A stretch of 64,000 bases of DNA from assembly GCA_964057225.1 (NCBI GenBank), contig OZ059895.1:22320001-22384000 (forward strand). Direction: 5' to 3'. Both the position numbers and the translations under genes were made by a program. The notes beneath the pieces were generated by a model that saw nothing but the letters and a program-made list of their open reading frames with translations, was not told where the DNA came from and ran no database searches. This document shows, piece after piece, positions 42,901-57,090 of the stretch; positions within the stretch are counted from its first letter, which is position 1; the number at the start of each line of letters is the position of its first letter. This DNA comes from Auanema rhodensis. Lineage: Eukaryota > Animalia > Nematoda.

Positions 42901-45900
42901 ATGCTAATTAAGTGTACACATGATGTGCGCTTGGTATGTAACTCGCTTCACGTGAAAGATAAAGAGATGCGGTTTTCAAAATTAGATTCCTCATGTCCAT
43001 ATTAGTCTAAAAACGAATTTTTATTGATATTGATGCATGGTAACTATGACTTTGAAATTTACGTGAACTTTAATTTATGCTAATTAAGTGTACACATGAT
43101 GTGCACTTGGTATGTAACTCGCTTCACGTCAACGATAAAGAGATGCGGTTTTCAAAATTAGATTCCCCATGTCCATATTAGTCTAAAAACAAATTTTTAT
43201 TAATATTGGTGCATGGTAACCATGACTTTGAAATTTACGTGAACTTTAATTTATGCTAATTAAGTGTACACATGATGTGCACTTGGTATGTAAAACGCTT
43301 CACGTCAAAGATAAAGAGATGCGGTTTTCCAAATTAGATTCCCCATGTCCATATCAGTTCAAAAACAAATTTTTGTTGATATTGGTGGATGGTAACCATG
43401 ACTTTGAAATTTACGTGAACTTTAATTTATGCTAATTAAGTGTACACATGATGTGCGCTTGGTATGTAACTCGCTTCACGTGAAAGATAAAGGGATGCGG
43501 TTTTCAAAATTAGATTCCCCATGTCCATATTAGTCTAAAAACGAATTTTTATTGATATTGATGCATGGTAACCATGACTTTGAAATTTACGTGAACTTTA
43601 ATTTATGCTTATTAAGTGTACACGTGATGTGCACTTGGTATGTAACTTGCTTCACGTGAAAGATAAAGGGATGCGGTTTTCAAAATTAGATTCCCCATGT
43701 CCATATTAGTCTAAAAACAAATTTTTGTTGATATTGGTGGATGGTAACCATGACTTTGAAATTTACGTGAACTTTAATTTATGCTAATTAAGTGTACACG
43801 TGATGTGCACTCGGTATGTAACTCGCTTCACGTGAAATATGAAGAGATGCGGTTTTCAAAATTAGATTCCCCATGTCCATATTAGTCTAAAAACAAATTT
43901 TTATTAATATTGGTGCTTGGTAACCATGACTTTGAAATTTACGTGAACTTTAATTTATGCTAATTAAGTGAACACATGATGTGCACTTGGTATGTAACTC
44001 GCTTCACGTGAAAGATAGAGAGATGCGGTTTTCAAAATAGATTCCCCATGTCCATATTAGTCTAAAAACGAATTTTTATTGATATTGATGCATGGTAACC
44101 ATGACTTTGAAATTTACGTGAACTTTAATTTATGCTTATTAAGTGTACACGTGATGTGCACTTCGTATGTAACTCGCTTCACGTCAAAGATAAAGAGAAG
44201 CGGTTTTCAAAATTAGATTCCCCATTTCCATATTAGTCTAAAAACAATATTTTATTGATATTGGTGCATGGCAACCATGACTTTAAAATTTACGTGAACT
44301 TTAATTTATGCTAATTAAGTGTACACATGATGTGCACTTGGTATGTAACTCGCTTCACGTCAAAGATAAAGAGATGCGGTTTTCAAAATTAGATTCCCCA
44401 TGTCCATATTAGTCTAAAAACAAATTTTTATTAATATTGGTGCATGGTAACCATGACTTTGAAATTTACGTGAACTTTAATTTATGCTAATTAAGTGTAC
44501 ACATGATGTGCGCTTGGTATGTAACTCGCTTCACGTGAAAGATAAAGAGATGCGGTTTTCAAAATTAGATTCCTCATGTCCATACTAGTCTAAAAACGAA
44601 TTTTTATTGATATTGATGCATGGTAACCATGACTTTGAAATTTACGTGAACTTTAATTTATGCTTATTAAGTGTACACGTGATGTGCACTTGGTATGTAA
44701 CTTGCTTCACGTGAAAGATAAAGGGATGCGGTTTTCAAAATTAGATTCCCCATGTCCATATTAGTCTAAAAACAAATTTTTATTAATATTGGTGCATGGT
44801 AACCATGACTTTGAAATTTACGTGAACTTTAATTTATGCTAATTAAGTGTACACATGATGTGCGCTTGGTATGTAACTCGCTTCACGTCAAAGATAAAGA
44901 GATGCGGTTTTCAAAATTAGATTCCCCATTTCCATATTAGTCTAAAAACAATATTTTATTGATATTGGTGCATGGCAACCATGACTTTAAAATTTACGTG
45001 AACTTTAATTTATGCTAATTAAGTGTACACATGATGTGCACTTGGTATGTAACTCGCTTCACGTCAAAGATAGAGAGATGCGGTTTTCAAAATAGATTCC
45101 CCATGTCCATATTAGTCTAAAAACGAATTTTTATTGATATTGATGCATGGTAACCATGACTTTGAAATTTACGTGAACTTTAATTTATGCTTATTAAGTG
45201 TACACGTGATGTGCACTTCGTATGTAACTCGCTTCACGTCAAAGATAAAGAGATGCGGTTTTCAAAATTAGATTCCCCATTTCCATATTAGTCTAAAAAC
45301 AATATTTTATTGATATTGGTGCATGGCAACCATGACTTTAAAATTTACGTGAACTTTAATTTATGCTAATTAAGTGTACACATGATGTGCACTTGGTATG
45401 TAACTCGCTTCACGTCAAAGATAGAGAGATGCGGTTTTCAAAATAGATTCCCCATGTCCATATTAGTCTAAAAACAAATTTTTATTAATATTGGTGCATG
45501 GTAACCATGACTTTGAAATTTACGTGAACTTTAATTTATGCTAATTAAGTGTACACATGATGTGCGCTTGGTATGTAACTCGCTTCACGTCAAAGATAAA
45601 GAGATGCGGTTTTCAAAATTAGATTCCCCATTTCCATATTAGTCTAAAAACAATATTTTATTGATATTGGTGCATGGCAACCATGACTTTAAAATTTACG
45701 TGAACTTTAATTTATGCTAATTAAGTGTACACATGATGTGCACTTGGTATGTAACTCGCTTCACGTCAAAGATAAAGAGATGCGGTTTTCAAAATTAGAT
45801 TCCCCATGTCCATATTAGTCTAAAAACAAATTTTTATTAATATTGGTGCATGGTAACCATGACTTTGAAATTTACGTGAACTTTAATTTATGCTAATTAA

Positions 45901-47433
45901 GTGTACACATGATGTGCGCTTGGTATGTAACTCGCTTCACGTGAAAGATAAAGAGATGCGCTTTTCAAAATTAGATTCCTCATGTCCATACTAGTCTAAA
46001 AACGAATTTTTATTGATATTGATGCATGGTAACCATGACTTTGAAATTTACGTGAACTTTAATTTATGCTTATTAAGTGTACACGTGATGTGCACTTGGT
46101 ATGTAACTTGCTTCACGTGAAAGATAAAGGGATGCGGTTTTCAAAATTAGATTCCCCATGTCCATATTAGTCTAAAAACAAATTTTTGTTGATATTGGTG
46201 GATGGTAACCATGACTTTGTAATTTACGTGAACTTTAATTTATGCTAATTAAGTGTACACGTGATGTGCACTTGGTATGTAACTCGCTTCACGTGAAAGA
46301 TAAAGAGATGCGGTTTTCAAAATTAGATTCCTCATGTCCATATTAGTCTAAAAACGAATTTTAATTGATATTGATGCATGGCAACCATGACTTTAAAATT
46401 TACGTGAACTTTAATTTATGCTAATTAAGTGTACACATGATGTGCACTTGGTATGTAACTCGCTTCACGTCAAAGATAAAGAGATGCGGTTTTCAAAATT
46501 AGATTCCCCATGTCCATATTAGTCTAAAAACAAATTTTTATTAATATTGGTGCATGGTAACCATGACTTTGAAATTTACGTGAACTTTAATTTATGCTAA
46601 TTAAGTGTACACATGATGTGCGCTTGGTATGTAACTCGCTTCACGTGAAAGATAAAGAGATGCGGTTTTCAAAATTAGATTCCTCATGTCCATACTAGTC
46701 TAAAAACGAATTTTTATTGATATTGATGCATGGTAACCATGACTTTGAAATTTACGTGAACTTTAATTTATGCTTATTAAGTGTACACGTGATGTGCACT
46801 TGGTATGTAACTTGCTTCACGTGAAAGATAAAGGGATGCGGTTTTCAAAATTAGATTTCCCATGTCCATATTAGTCTAAAAACAAATTTTTGTTGATATT
46901 GGTGTATGGTAACCATGACTTTGTAATTTACGTGAACTTTAATTTATGCTAATTAAGTGTACACGTGATGTGCACTTGGTATGTAACTCGCTTCACGTGA
47001 AAGATAAAGAGATGCGGTTTTCAAAATTAGATTCCTCATGTCCATATTAGTCTAAAAACGAATTTTTATTGATATTGATGCATGGTAACCATGACTTTGA
47101 AATTTACGTGAACTTTAATTTATGCTTATTAAGTGTACACATGATGTGCGCTTGGTATGTAACTCGCTTCACGTGAAAGATAAAGAGATGCGGTTTTCAA
47201 AATTAGATTCCTCATGTCCATACTAGTCTAAAAACGAATTTTTATTGATATTGATGCATGGTAACCATGACTTTGAAATTTACGTGAACTTTAATTTATG
47301 CTTATTAAGTGTACACGTGATGTGCACTTGGTATGTAACTCGCTTCACGTGAAAGATAAAGGGATGCGGTTTTCAAAAGTAGATTCCCCATGTCCATATT
47401 AGTCTAAAAACAAATTTTTATTAATATTGGTGC

Positions 47434-50400
47434 ATGGTAACCATGACTTTGAAATTTACGTGAACTTTAATTTATGCTAATTAAGTGTACACATGATGTG
47501 CGCTTGGTATGTAACTCGCTTCACGTGAAAGATAAAGAGATGCGGTTTTCAAAATTAGATTCCCCATTTCCATATTAGTCTAAAAACAATATTTTATTGA
47601 TATTGGTGCATGGCAACCATGACTTTAAAATTTACGTGAACTTTAATTTATGCTAATTAAGTGTACACATGTTGTGCACTTGGTATGTAACTCGCTTCAC
47701 GTCAAAGATAAAGAGATGCGGTTTTCAAAATTAGATTCCCCATGTCCATATTAGTCTAAAAACGAATTTTTATTGATATTGATGCATGGTAACCATGACT
47801 TTGAAATTTACGTGAACTTTAATTTATGCTTATTAAGTGTACACGTGATGTGCACTTGGTATGTAACTTGCTTCACGTGAAAGATAAAGGGATGCGGTTT
47901 TCAAAATTAGATTCCACATGTCCATATTAGTCTAAAAACAAATTTTTGTTGATATTGGTGGATGGTAACCATGACTTTGTAATTTACGTGAACTTTAATT
48001 TATGCTAATTAAGTGTACACGTGATGTGCACTTGGTATGTAACTCGCTTCACGTGAAAGATAAAGAGATGCGGTTTTCAAAATTAGATTCCTCATGTCCA
48101 TATCAGTCTAAAAACGAATTTTTATTGATATTGATGCATGGTAACCATGACTTTGAAATATACGTGAACTTTAATTTATGCTTATTAAGTGTACACGTGA
48201 TGTGCACTTGGTATGTAACTTGCTTCACGTGAAAGATAAAGGGATGCGGTTTTCAAAATTAGATTCCCCATGTCCATATTAGTCTAAAAACAAATTTTTG
48301 GTGATATTGGTGGATGGTAACCATGACTTTGAAATTTACGTGAACTTTAATTTATGCTAATTAAGTGTACACGTGATGTGCACTCGGTATGTAACTCGCT
48401 TCAAGTGAAATATGAAGAGATGCGGTTTTCAAAATTAGATTCCCCATGTCCATATTAGTCTAAAAACAAATTTTTGTTGATATTGGTGGATGGTAACCAT
48501 GACTTTAAAATTTACGTGAACTTTAATTTATGCTAATTAAGTGTACACATGATGTGCGCTTGGTATGTAACTCGCTTCACGTGAAAGATAAAGAGATGCG
48601 GTTTTCAAAATTAGATTCCTCATGTCCATACTAGTCTAAAAACGAATTTTTATTGATATTGATGCATGGTAACCATGACTTTGAAATTTACGTGAACTTT
48701 AATTTATGCTTATTAAGTGTACACGTGATGTGCACTTGGTATGTAACTTGCTTCACGTGAAAGATAAAGGGATGCGGTTTTCAAAATTAGATTCCCCATG
48801 TCCATATTAGTCTAAAAACAAATTTTTGTTGATATTGGTGGATGGTAACCATGACTTTGAAATTTACGTGAACTTTAATTTATGCTAATTAAGTGTACAC
48901 ATGATGTGCGCTTGGTATGTAACTCGCTTCACGTGAAAGATAAAGAGATGCGGTTTTCAAAATTAGATTCCCCATTTCCATATTAGTCTAAAAACAATAT
49001 TTTATTGATATTGGTGCATGGCAACCATGACTTTAAAATTTACGTGAACTTTAATTTATGCTAATTAAGTGTACACATGATGTGCACTTGGTATGTAACT
49101 TGCTTCACGTGAAAGATAAAGGGATGCGGTTTTCAAAATTAGATTCCCCATGTCCATATTAGTCTAAAAACAAATTTTTGTTGATATTGGTGGATGGTAA
49201 CCATGACTTTGAAATTTACGTGAACTTTAATTTATGCTAATTAAGTGTACACATGATGTGCGCTTGGTATGTAACTCGCTTCACGTGAAAGATAAAGAGA
49301 TGCGGTTTTCAAAATTAGATTCCCCATTTCCATATTAGTCTAAAAACAATATTTTATTGATATTGGTGCATGGCAACCATGACTTTAAAATTTACGTGAA
49401 CTTTAATTTATGCTAATTAAGTGTACACATGATGTGCACTTGGTATGTAACTCGCTTCACGTCAAAGATAAAGAGATGCGGTTTTCAAAATTAGATTCCC
49501 CATGTCCATATTAGTCTAAAAACAAATTTTTATTAATATTGGTGCATGGTAACCATGACTTTGAAATTTACGTGAACTTTAATTTATGCTAATTAAGTGT
49601 ACACATGATGTGCGCTTGGTATGTAACTCGCTTCACGTGAAAGATAAAGAGATGCGGTTTTCAAAATTAGATTCCCCATTTCCATATTAGTCTAAAAACA
49701 ATATTTTATTGATATTGGTGCATGGCAACCATGACTTTAAAATTTACGTGAACTTTAATTTATGCTAATTAAGTGTACACATGATGTGCACTTGGTATGT
49801 AACTCGCTTCACGTCAAAGATAAAGAGATGCGGTTTTCAAAATTAGATTCCCCATGTCCATATTAGTCTAAAAACAAATTTTTATTAATATTGGTGCATG
49901 GTAACCATGACTTTGAAATTTACGTGAACTTTAATTTATGCTAATTAAGTGTACACATGATGTGCGCTTGGTATGTAACTCGCTTCACGTGAAAGATAAA
50001 GAGATGCGGTTTTCAAAATTAGATTCCTCATGTCCATACTAGTCTAAAAACGAATTTTTATTGATATTGATGCATGGTAACCATGACTTTGAAATTTACG
50101 TGAACTTTAATTTATGCTTATTAAGTGTACACGTGATGTGCACTTGGTATGTAACTTGCTTCACGTGAAAGATAAAGGGATGCGGTTTTCAAAATTAGAT
50201 TCCCCATGTCCATATTAGTCTAAAAACAAATTTTTGTTGATATTGGTGGATGGTAACCATGACTTTGAAATTTACGTGAACTTTAATTTATGCTAATTAA
50301 GTGTACACATGATGTGCGCTTGGTATGTAACTCGCTTCACGTGAAAGATAAAGAGATGCGGTTTTCAAAATTAGATTCCCCATTTCCATATTAGTCTAAA

Positions 50401-53400
50401 AACAATATTTTATTGATATTGGTGCATGGCAACCATGACTTTAAAATTTACGTGAACTTTAATTTATGCTAATTAAGTGTACACATGATGTGCACTTGGT
50501 ATGTAACTTGCTTCACGTGAAAGATAAAGGGATGCGGTTTTCAAAATTAGATTCCCCATGTCCATATTAGTCTAAAAACAAATTTTTGTTGATATTGGTG
50601 GATGGTAACCATGACTTTGAAATTTACGTGAACTTTAATTTATGCTAATTAAGTGTACACATGATGTGCGCTTGGTATGTAACTCGCTTCACGTGAAAGA
50701 TAAAGAGATGCGGTTTTCAAAATTAGATTCCCCATTTCCATATTAGTCTAAAAACAATATTTTATTGATATTGGTGCATGGCAACCATGACTTTAAAATT
50801 TACGTGAACTTTAATTTATGCTAATTAAGTGTACACATGTTGTGCACTTGGTATGTAACTCGCTTCACGTCAAAGATAAAGAGATGCGGTTTTCAAAATT
50901 AGATTCCCCATGTCCATATTAGTCTAAAAACGAATTTTTATTGATATTGATGCATGGTAACCATGACTTTGAAATTTACGTGAACTTTAATTTATGCTTA
51001 TTAAGTGTACACGTGATGTGCACTTGGTATGTAACTTGCTTCACGTGAAAGATAAAGGGATGCGGTTTTCAAAATTAGATTCCACATGTCCATATTAGTC
51101 TAAAAACAAATTTTTGTTGATATTGGTGGATGGTAACCATGACTTTGTAATTTACGTGAACTTTAATTTATGCTAATTAAGTGTACACGTGATGTGCACT
51201 TGGTATGTAACTCGCTTCACGTGAAAGATAAAGAGATGCGGTTTTCAAAATTAGATTCCTCATGTCCATATCAGTCTAAAAACGAATTTTTATTGATATT
51301 GATGCATGGTAACCATGACTTTGAAATATACGTGAACTTTAATTTATGCTTATTAAGTGTACACGTGATGTGCACTTGGTATGTAACTTGCTTCACGTGA
51401 AAGATAAAGGGATGCGGTTTTCAAAATTAGATTCCCCATGTCCATATTAGTCTAAAAACAAATTTTTGGTGATATTGGTGGATGGTAACCATGACTTTGA
51501 AATTTACGTGAACTTTAATTTATGCTAATTAAGTGTACACGTGATGTGCACTCGGTATGTAACTCGCTTCAAGTGAAATATGAAGAGATGCGGTTTTCAA
51601 AATTAGATTCCCCATGTCCATATTAGTCTAAAAACAAATTTTTGTTGATATTGGTGGATGGTAACCATGACTTTAAAATTTACGTGAACTTTAATTTATG
51701 CTAATTAAGTGTACACATGATGTGCGCTTGGTATGTAACTCGCTTCACGTGAAAGATAAAGAGATGCGGTTTTCAAAATTAGATTCCTCATGTCCATACT
51801 AGTCTAAAAACGAATTTTTATTGATATTGATGCATGGTAACCATGACTTTGAAATTTACGTGAACTTTAATTTATGCTTATTAAGTGTACACGTGATGTG
51901 CACTTGGTATGTAACTTGCTTCACGTGAAAGATAAAGGGATGCGGTTTTCAAAATTAGATTCCCCATGTCCATATTAGTCTAAAAACAAATTTTTGTTGA
52001 TATTGGTGGATGGTAACCATGACTTTGAAATTTACGTGAACTTTAATTTATGCTAATTAAGTGTACACATGATGTGCGCTTGGTATGTAACTCGCTTCAC
52101 GTGAAAGATAAAGAGATGCGGTTTTCAAAATTAGATTCCCCATTTCCATATTAGTCTAAAAACAATATTTTATTGATATTGGTGCATGGCAACCATGACT
52201 TTAAAATTTACGTGAACTTTAATTTATGCTAATTAAGTGTACACATGATGTGCACTTGGTATGTAACTTGCTTCACGTGAAAGATAAAGGGATGCGGTTT
52301 TCAAAATTAGATTCCCCATGTCCATATTAGTCTAAAAACAAATTTTTGTTGATATTGGTGGATGGTAACCATGACTTTGAAATTTACGTGAACTTTAATT
52401 TATGCTAATTAAGTGTACACATGATGTGCGCTTGGTATGTAACTCGCTTCACGTGAAAGATAAAGAGATGCGGTTTTCAAAATTAGATTCCCCATTTCCA
52501 TATTAGTCTAAAAACAATATTTTATTGATATTGGTGCATGGCAACCATGACTTTAAAATTTACGTGAACTTTAATTTATGCTAATTAAGTGTACACATGA
52601 TGTGCACTTGGTATGTAACTCGCTTCACGTCAAAGATAAAGAGATGCGGTTTTCAAAATTAGATTCCCCATGTCCATATTAGTCTAAAAACAAATTTTTA
52701 TTAATATTGGTGCATGGTAACCATGACTTTGAAATTTACGTGAACTTTAATTTATGCTAATTAAGTGTACACATGATGTGCGCTTGGTATGTAACTCGCT
52801 TCACGTGAAAGATAAAGAGATGCGGTTTTCAAAATTAGATTCCCCATTTCCATATTAGTCTAAAAACAATATTTTATTGATATTGGTGCATGGCAACCAT
52901 GACTTTAAAATTTACGTGAACTTTAATTTATGCTAATTAAGTGTACACATGATGTGCACTTGGTATGTAACTCGCTTCACGTCAAAGATAAAGAGATGCG
53001 GTTTTCAAAATTAGATTCCCCATGTCCATATTAGTCTAAAAACAAATTTTTATTAATATTGGTGCATGGTAACCATGACTTTGAAATTTACGTGAACTTT
53101 AATTTATGCTAATTAAGTGTACACATGATGTGCGCTTGGTATGTAACTCGCTTCACGTGAAAGATAAAGAGATGCGGTTTTCAAAATTAGATTCCTCATG
53201 TCCATACTAGTCTAAAAACGAATTTTTATTGATATTGATGCATGGTAACCATGACTTTGAAATTTACGTGAACTTTAATTTATGCTTATTAAGTGTACAC
53301 GTGATGTGCACTTGGTATGTAACTTGCTTCACGTGAAAGATAAAGGGATGCGGTTTTCAAAATTAGATTCCCCATGTCCATATTAGTCTAAAAACAAATT

Positions 53401-53435
53401 TTTGTTGATATTGGTGGATGGTAACCATGACTTTG
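47434..53435 (+). repeat. Local 18-mer tandem duplication, period 3168 bp (~1.9 copies), with internal dimer repeats
   Basis: GAAATATACG (~48155/~51323), TTTTGGTGAT (~48296/~51464), CTTCAAGTG (~48399/~51567); ORF-track hits at 48002/51170; 3168 = 18x176. Confidence 0.92.
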
Positions 53436-56400
53436 TAATTTACGTGAACTTTAATTTATGCTAATTAAGTGTACACGTGATGTGCACTTGGTATGTAACT
53501 CGCTTCACGTGAAAGATAAAGAGATGCGGTTTTCAAAATTAGATTCCTCATGTCCATATTAGTCTACAAACGAATTTTCATTGATATTGATGCATGGTAA
53601 CCATGACTTTGAAATTTACGTGAACTTTAATTTATGCTTATTAAGTGTACACATGATGTGCGCTTGGTATGTAACTTGCTTCACGTGAAAGATAAAGAGA
53701 TGCGGTTTTCAAAATTAGATTCCTCATGTCCATATTAGTCTAAAAACGAATTTTTATTGATATTGATGCATGGTAACCATGACTTTGAAATTTACGTGAA
53801 CTTTAATTTATGCTTATTAAGTGTACACGTGATGTGCACTTGGTATGTAACTTGCTTCACGTGAAAGATAAAGGGATGCGGTTTTCAAAATTAGATTCCC
53901 CATGTCCATATTAGTCTAAAAACAAATTTTTGTTGATATTGGTGGATGGTAACCATGACTTTGAAATTTACGTGAACTTTAATTTATGCTAATTAAGTGT
54001 ACACGTGATGTGCACTCGGTATGTAACTCGCTTCACGTGAAATATGAAGAGATGCGGTTTTCAAAATTAGATTCCCCATGTCCATATTAGTCTAAAAACA
54101 AATTTTTATTAATATTGGTGCTTGGTAACCATGACTTTGAAATTTACGTGAACTTTAATTTATGCTAATTAAGTGAACACATGATGTGCACTTGGTATGT
54201 AACTCGCTTCACGTGAAAGATAGAGAGATGCGGTTTTCAAAATAGATTCCCCATGTCCATATTAGTCTAAAAACGAATTTTTATTGATATTGATTCATGG
54301 TAACCATGACTTTGAAAATTACGTGAACTTTAATTTATGCTAATTAAGTGAACACATGATGTGCACTTGGTATGTAACTCGCTTCACGTGAAAGATAAAG
54401 GGATGCGGTTTTCAAAAGTAGATTCCCCATGTCCATATTAGTCTAAAAACAAATTTTTATTAATATTGGTGCATGGTAACCATGACTTTGAAATTTACGT
54501 GAACTTTAATTTATGCTAATTAAGTGTACACATGATGTGCGCTTGGTATGTAACTCGCTTCACGTGAAAGATAAAGAGATGCGGTTTTCAAAATTAGATT
54601 CCCCATTTCCATATTAGTCTAAAAACAAATTTTTGTTGATATTGGTGGATGGTAACCATGACTTTGTAATTTACGTGAACTTTAATTTATGCTAATTAAG
54701 TGTACACGTGATGTGCACTTGGTATGTAACTCGCTTCACGTGAAAGATAAAGAGATGCGGTTTTCAAAATTAGATTCCTCATGTCCATATTAGTCTAAAA
54801 ACGAATTTTCATTGATATTGATGCATGGTAACCATGACTTTGAAATTTACGTGAACTTTAATTTATGCTTATTAAGTGTACACATGATGTGCGCTTGGTA
54901 TGTAACTCGCTTCACGTGAAAGATAAAGAGATGCGGTTTTCAAAATTAGATTCCTCATGTCCATATTAGTCTAAAAACGAATTTTTTTTGATATTGATGC
55001 ATGGTAACCATGACTTTGAAATTTACGTGAACTTTAATTTATGCTTATTAAGTGTACACGTGATGTGCACTTGGTATGTAACTTGCTTCACGTGAAAGAT
55101 AAAGGGATGCGGTTTTCAAAATTAGATTCCCCATGTCCATATTAGTCTAAAAACAAATTTTTGTTGATATTGGTGGATGGTAACCATGACTTTGAAATTT
55201 ACGTGAACTTTAATTTATGCTAATTAAGTGTACACGTGATGTGCACTCGGTATGTAACTCGCTTCACGTGAAATATGAAGAGATGCGGTTTTCAAAATTA
55301 GATTCCCCATGTCCATATTAGTCTAAAAACAAATTTTTATTAATATTGGTGCTTGGTAACCATGACTTTGAAATTTACGTGAACTTTAATTTATGCTAAT
55401 TAAGTGAACACATGATGTGCACTTGGTATGTAACTCGCTTCACGTGAAAGATAGAGAGATGCGGTTTTCAAAATAGATTCCCCATGTCCATATTAGTCTA
55501 AAAACGAATTTTTATTGATATTGATTCATGGTAACCATGACTTTGAAAATTACGTGAACTTTAATTTATGCTAATTAAGTGAACACATGATGTGCACTTG
55601 GTATGTAACTCGCTTCACGTGAAAGATAAAGGGATGCGGTTTTCAAAAGTAGATTCCCCATGTCCATATTAGTCTAAAAACAAATTTTTATTAATATTGG
55701 TGCATGGTAACCATGACTTTGAAATTTACGTGAACTTTAATTTATGCTAATTAAGTGTACACATGATGTGCGCTTGGTATGTAACTCGCTTCACGTGAAA
55801 GATAAAGAGATGCGGTTTTCAAAATTAGATTCCCCATTTCCATATTAGTCTAAAAACAAATTTTTGTTGATATTGGTGGATGGTAACCATGACTTTGTAA
55901 TTTACGTGAACTTTAATTTATGCTAATTAAGTGTACACGTGATGTGCACTTGGTATGTAACTCGCTTCACGTGAAAGATAAAGAGATGCGGTTTTCAAAA
56001 TTAGATTCCTCATGTCCATATTAGTCTAAAAACGAATTTTCATTGATATTGATGCATGGTAACCATGACTTTGAAATTTACGTGAACTTTAATTTATGCT
56101 TATTAAGTGTACACATGATGTGCGCTTGGTATGTAACTCGCTTCACGTGAAAGATAAAGAGATGCGGTTTTCAAAATTAGATTCCTCATGTCCATATTAG
56201 TCTAAAAACGAATTTTTATTGATATTGATGCATGGTAACCATGACTTTGAAATTTACGTGAACTTTAATTTATGCTTATTAAGTGTACACGTGATGTGCA
56301 CTTGGTATGTAACTTGCTTCACGTGAAAGATAAAGGGATGCGGTTTTCAAAATTAGGTTCCCCATGTCCATATTAGTCTAAAAACAAATTTTTGTTGATA

Positions 56401-57090
56401 TTGGTGGATGGTAACCATGACTTTGAAATTTACGTGAACTTTAATTTATGCTAATTAAGTGTACACGTGATGTGCACTCGGTATGTAACTCGCTTCACGT
56501 GAAATATGAAGAGATGCGGTTTTCAAAATTAGATTCCCCATGTCCATATTAGTCTAAAAACAAATTTTTATTAATATTGGTGCTTGGTAACCATGACTTT
56601 GAAATTTACGTGAACTTTAATTTATGCTAATTAAGTGAACACATGATGTGCACTTGGTATGTAACTCGCTTCACGTGAAAGATAGAGAGATGCGGTTTTC
56701 AAAATAGATTCCCCATGTCCATATTAGTCTAAAAACGAATTTTTATTGATATTGATTCATGGTAACCATGACTTTGAAAATTACGTGAACTTTAATTTAT
56801 GCTAATTAAGTGAACACATGATGTGCACTTGGTATGTAACTCGCTTCACGTGAAAGATAAAGGGATGCGGTTTTCAAAAGTAGATTCCCCATGTCCATAT
56901 TAGTCTAAAAACAAATTTTTATTAATATTGGTGCATGGTAACCATGACTTTGAAATTTACGTGAACTTTAATTTATGCTAATTAAGTGTACACATGATGT
57001 GCGCTTGGTATGTAACTCGCTTCACGTGAAAGATAAAGAGATGCGGTTTTCAAAATTAGATTCCCCATTTCCATATTAGTCTAAAAACAA
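53377..57090 (+). repeat. Local 7-mer HOR, period 1231 bp (3 copies)
   Basis: AATTTTCATT (C at 53579, 54810, 56041); 1231 = 7x176-1; a few private differences (~53566, ~53677, ~54987, ~56357). Confidence 0.92.
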
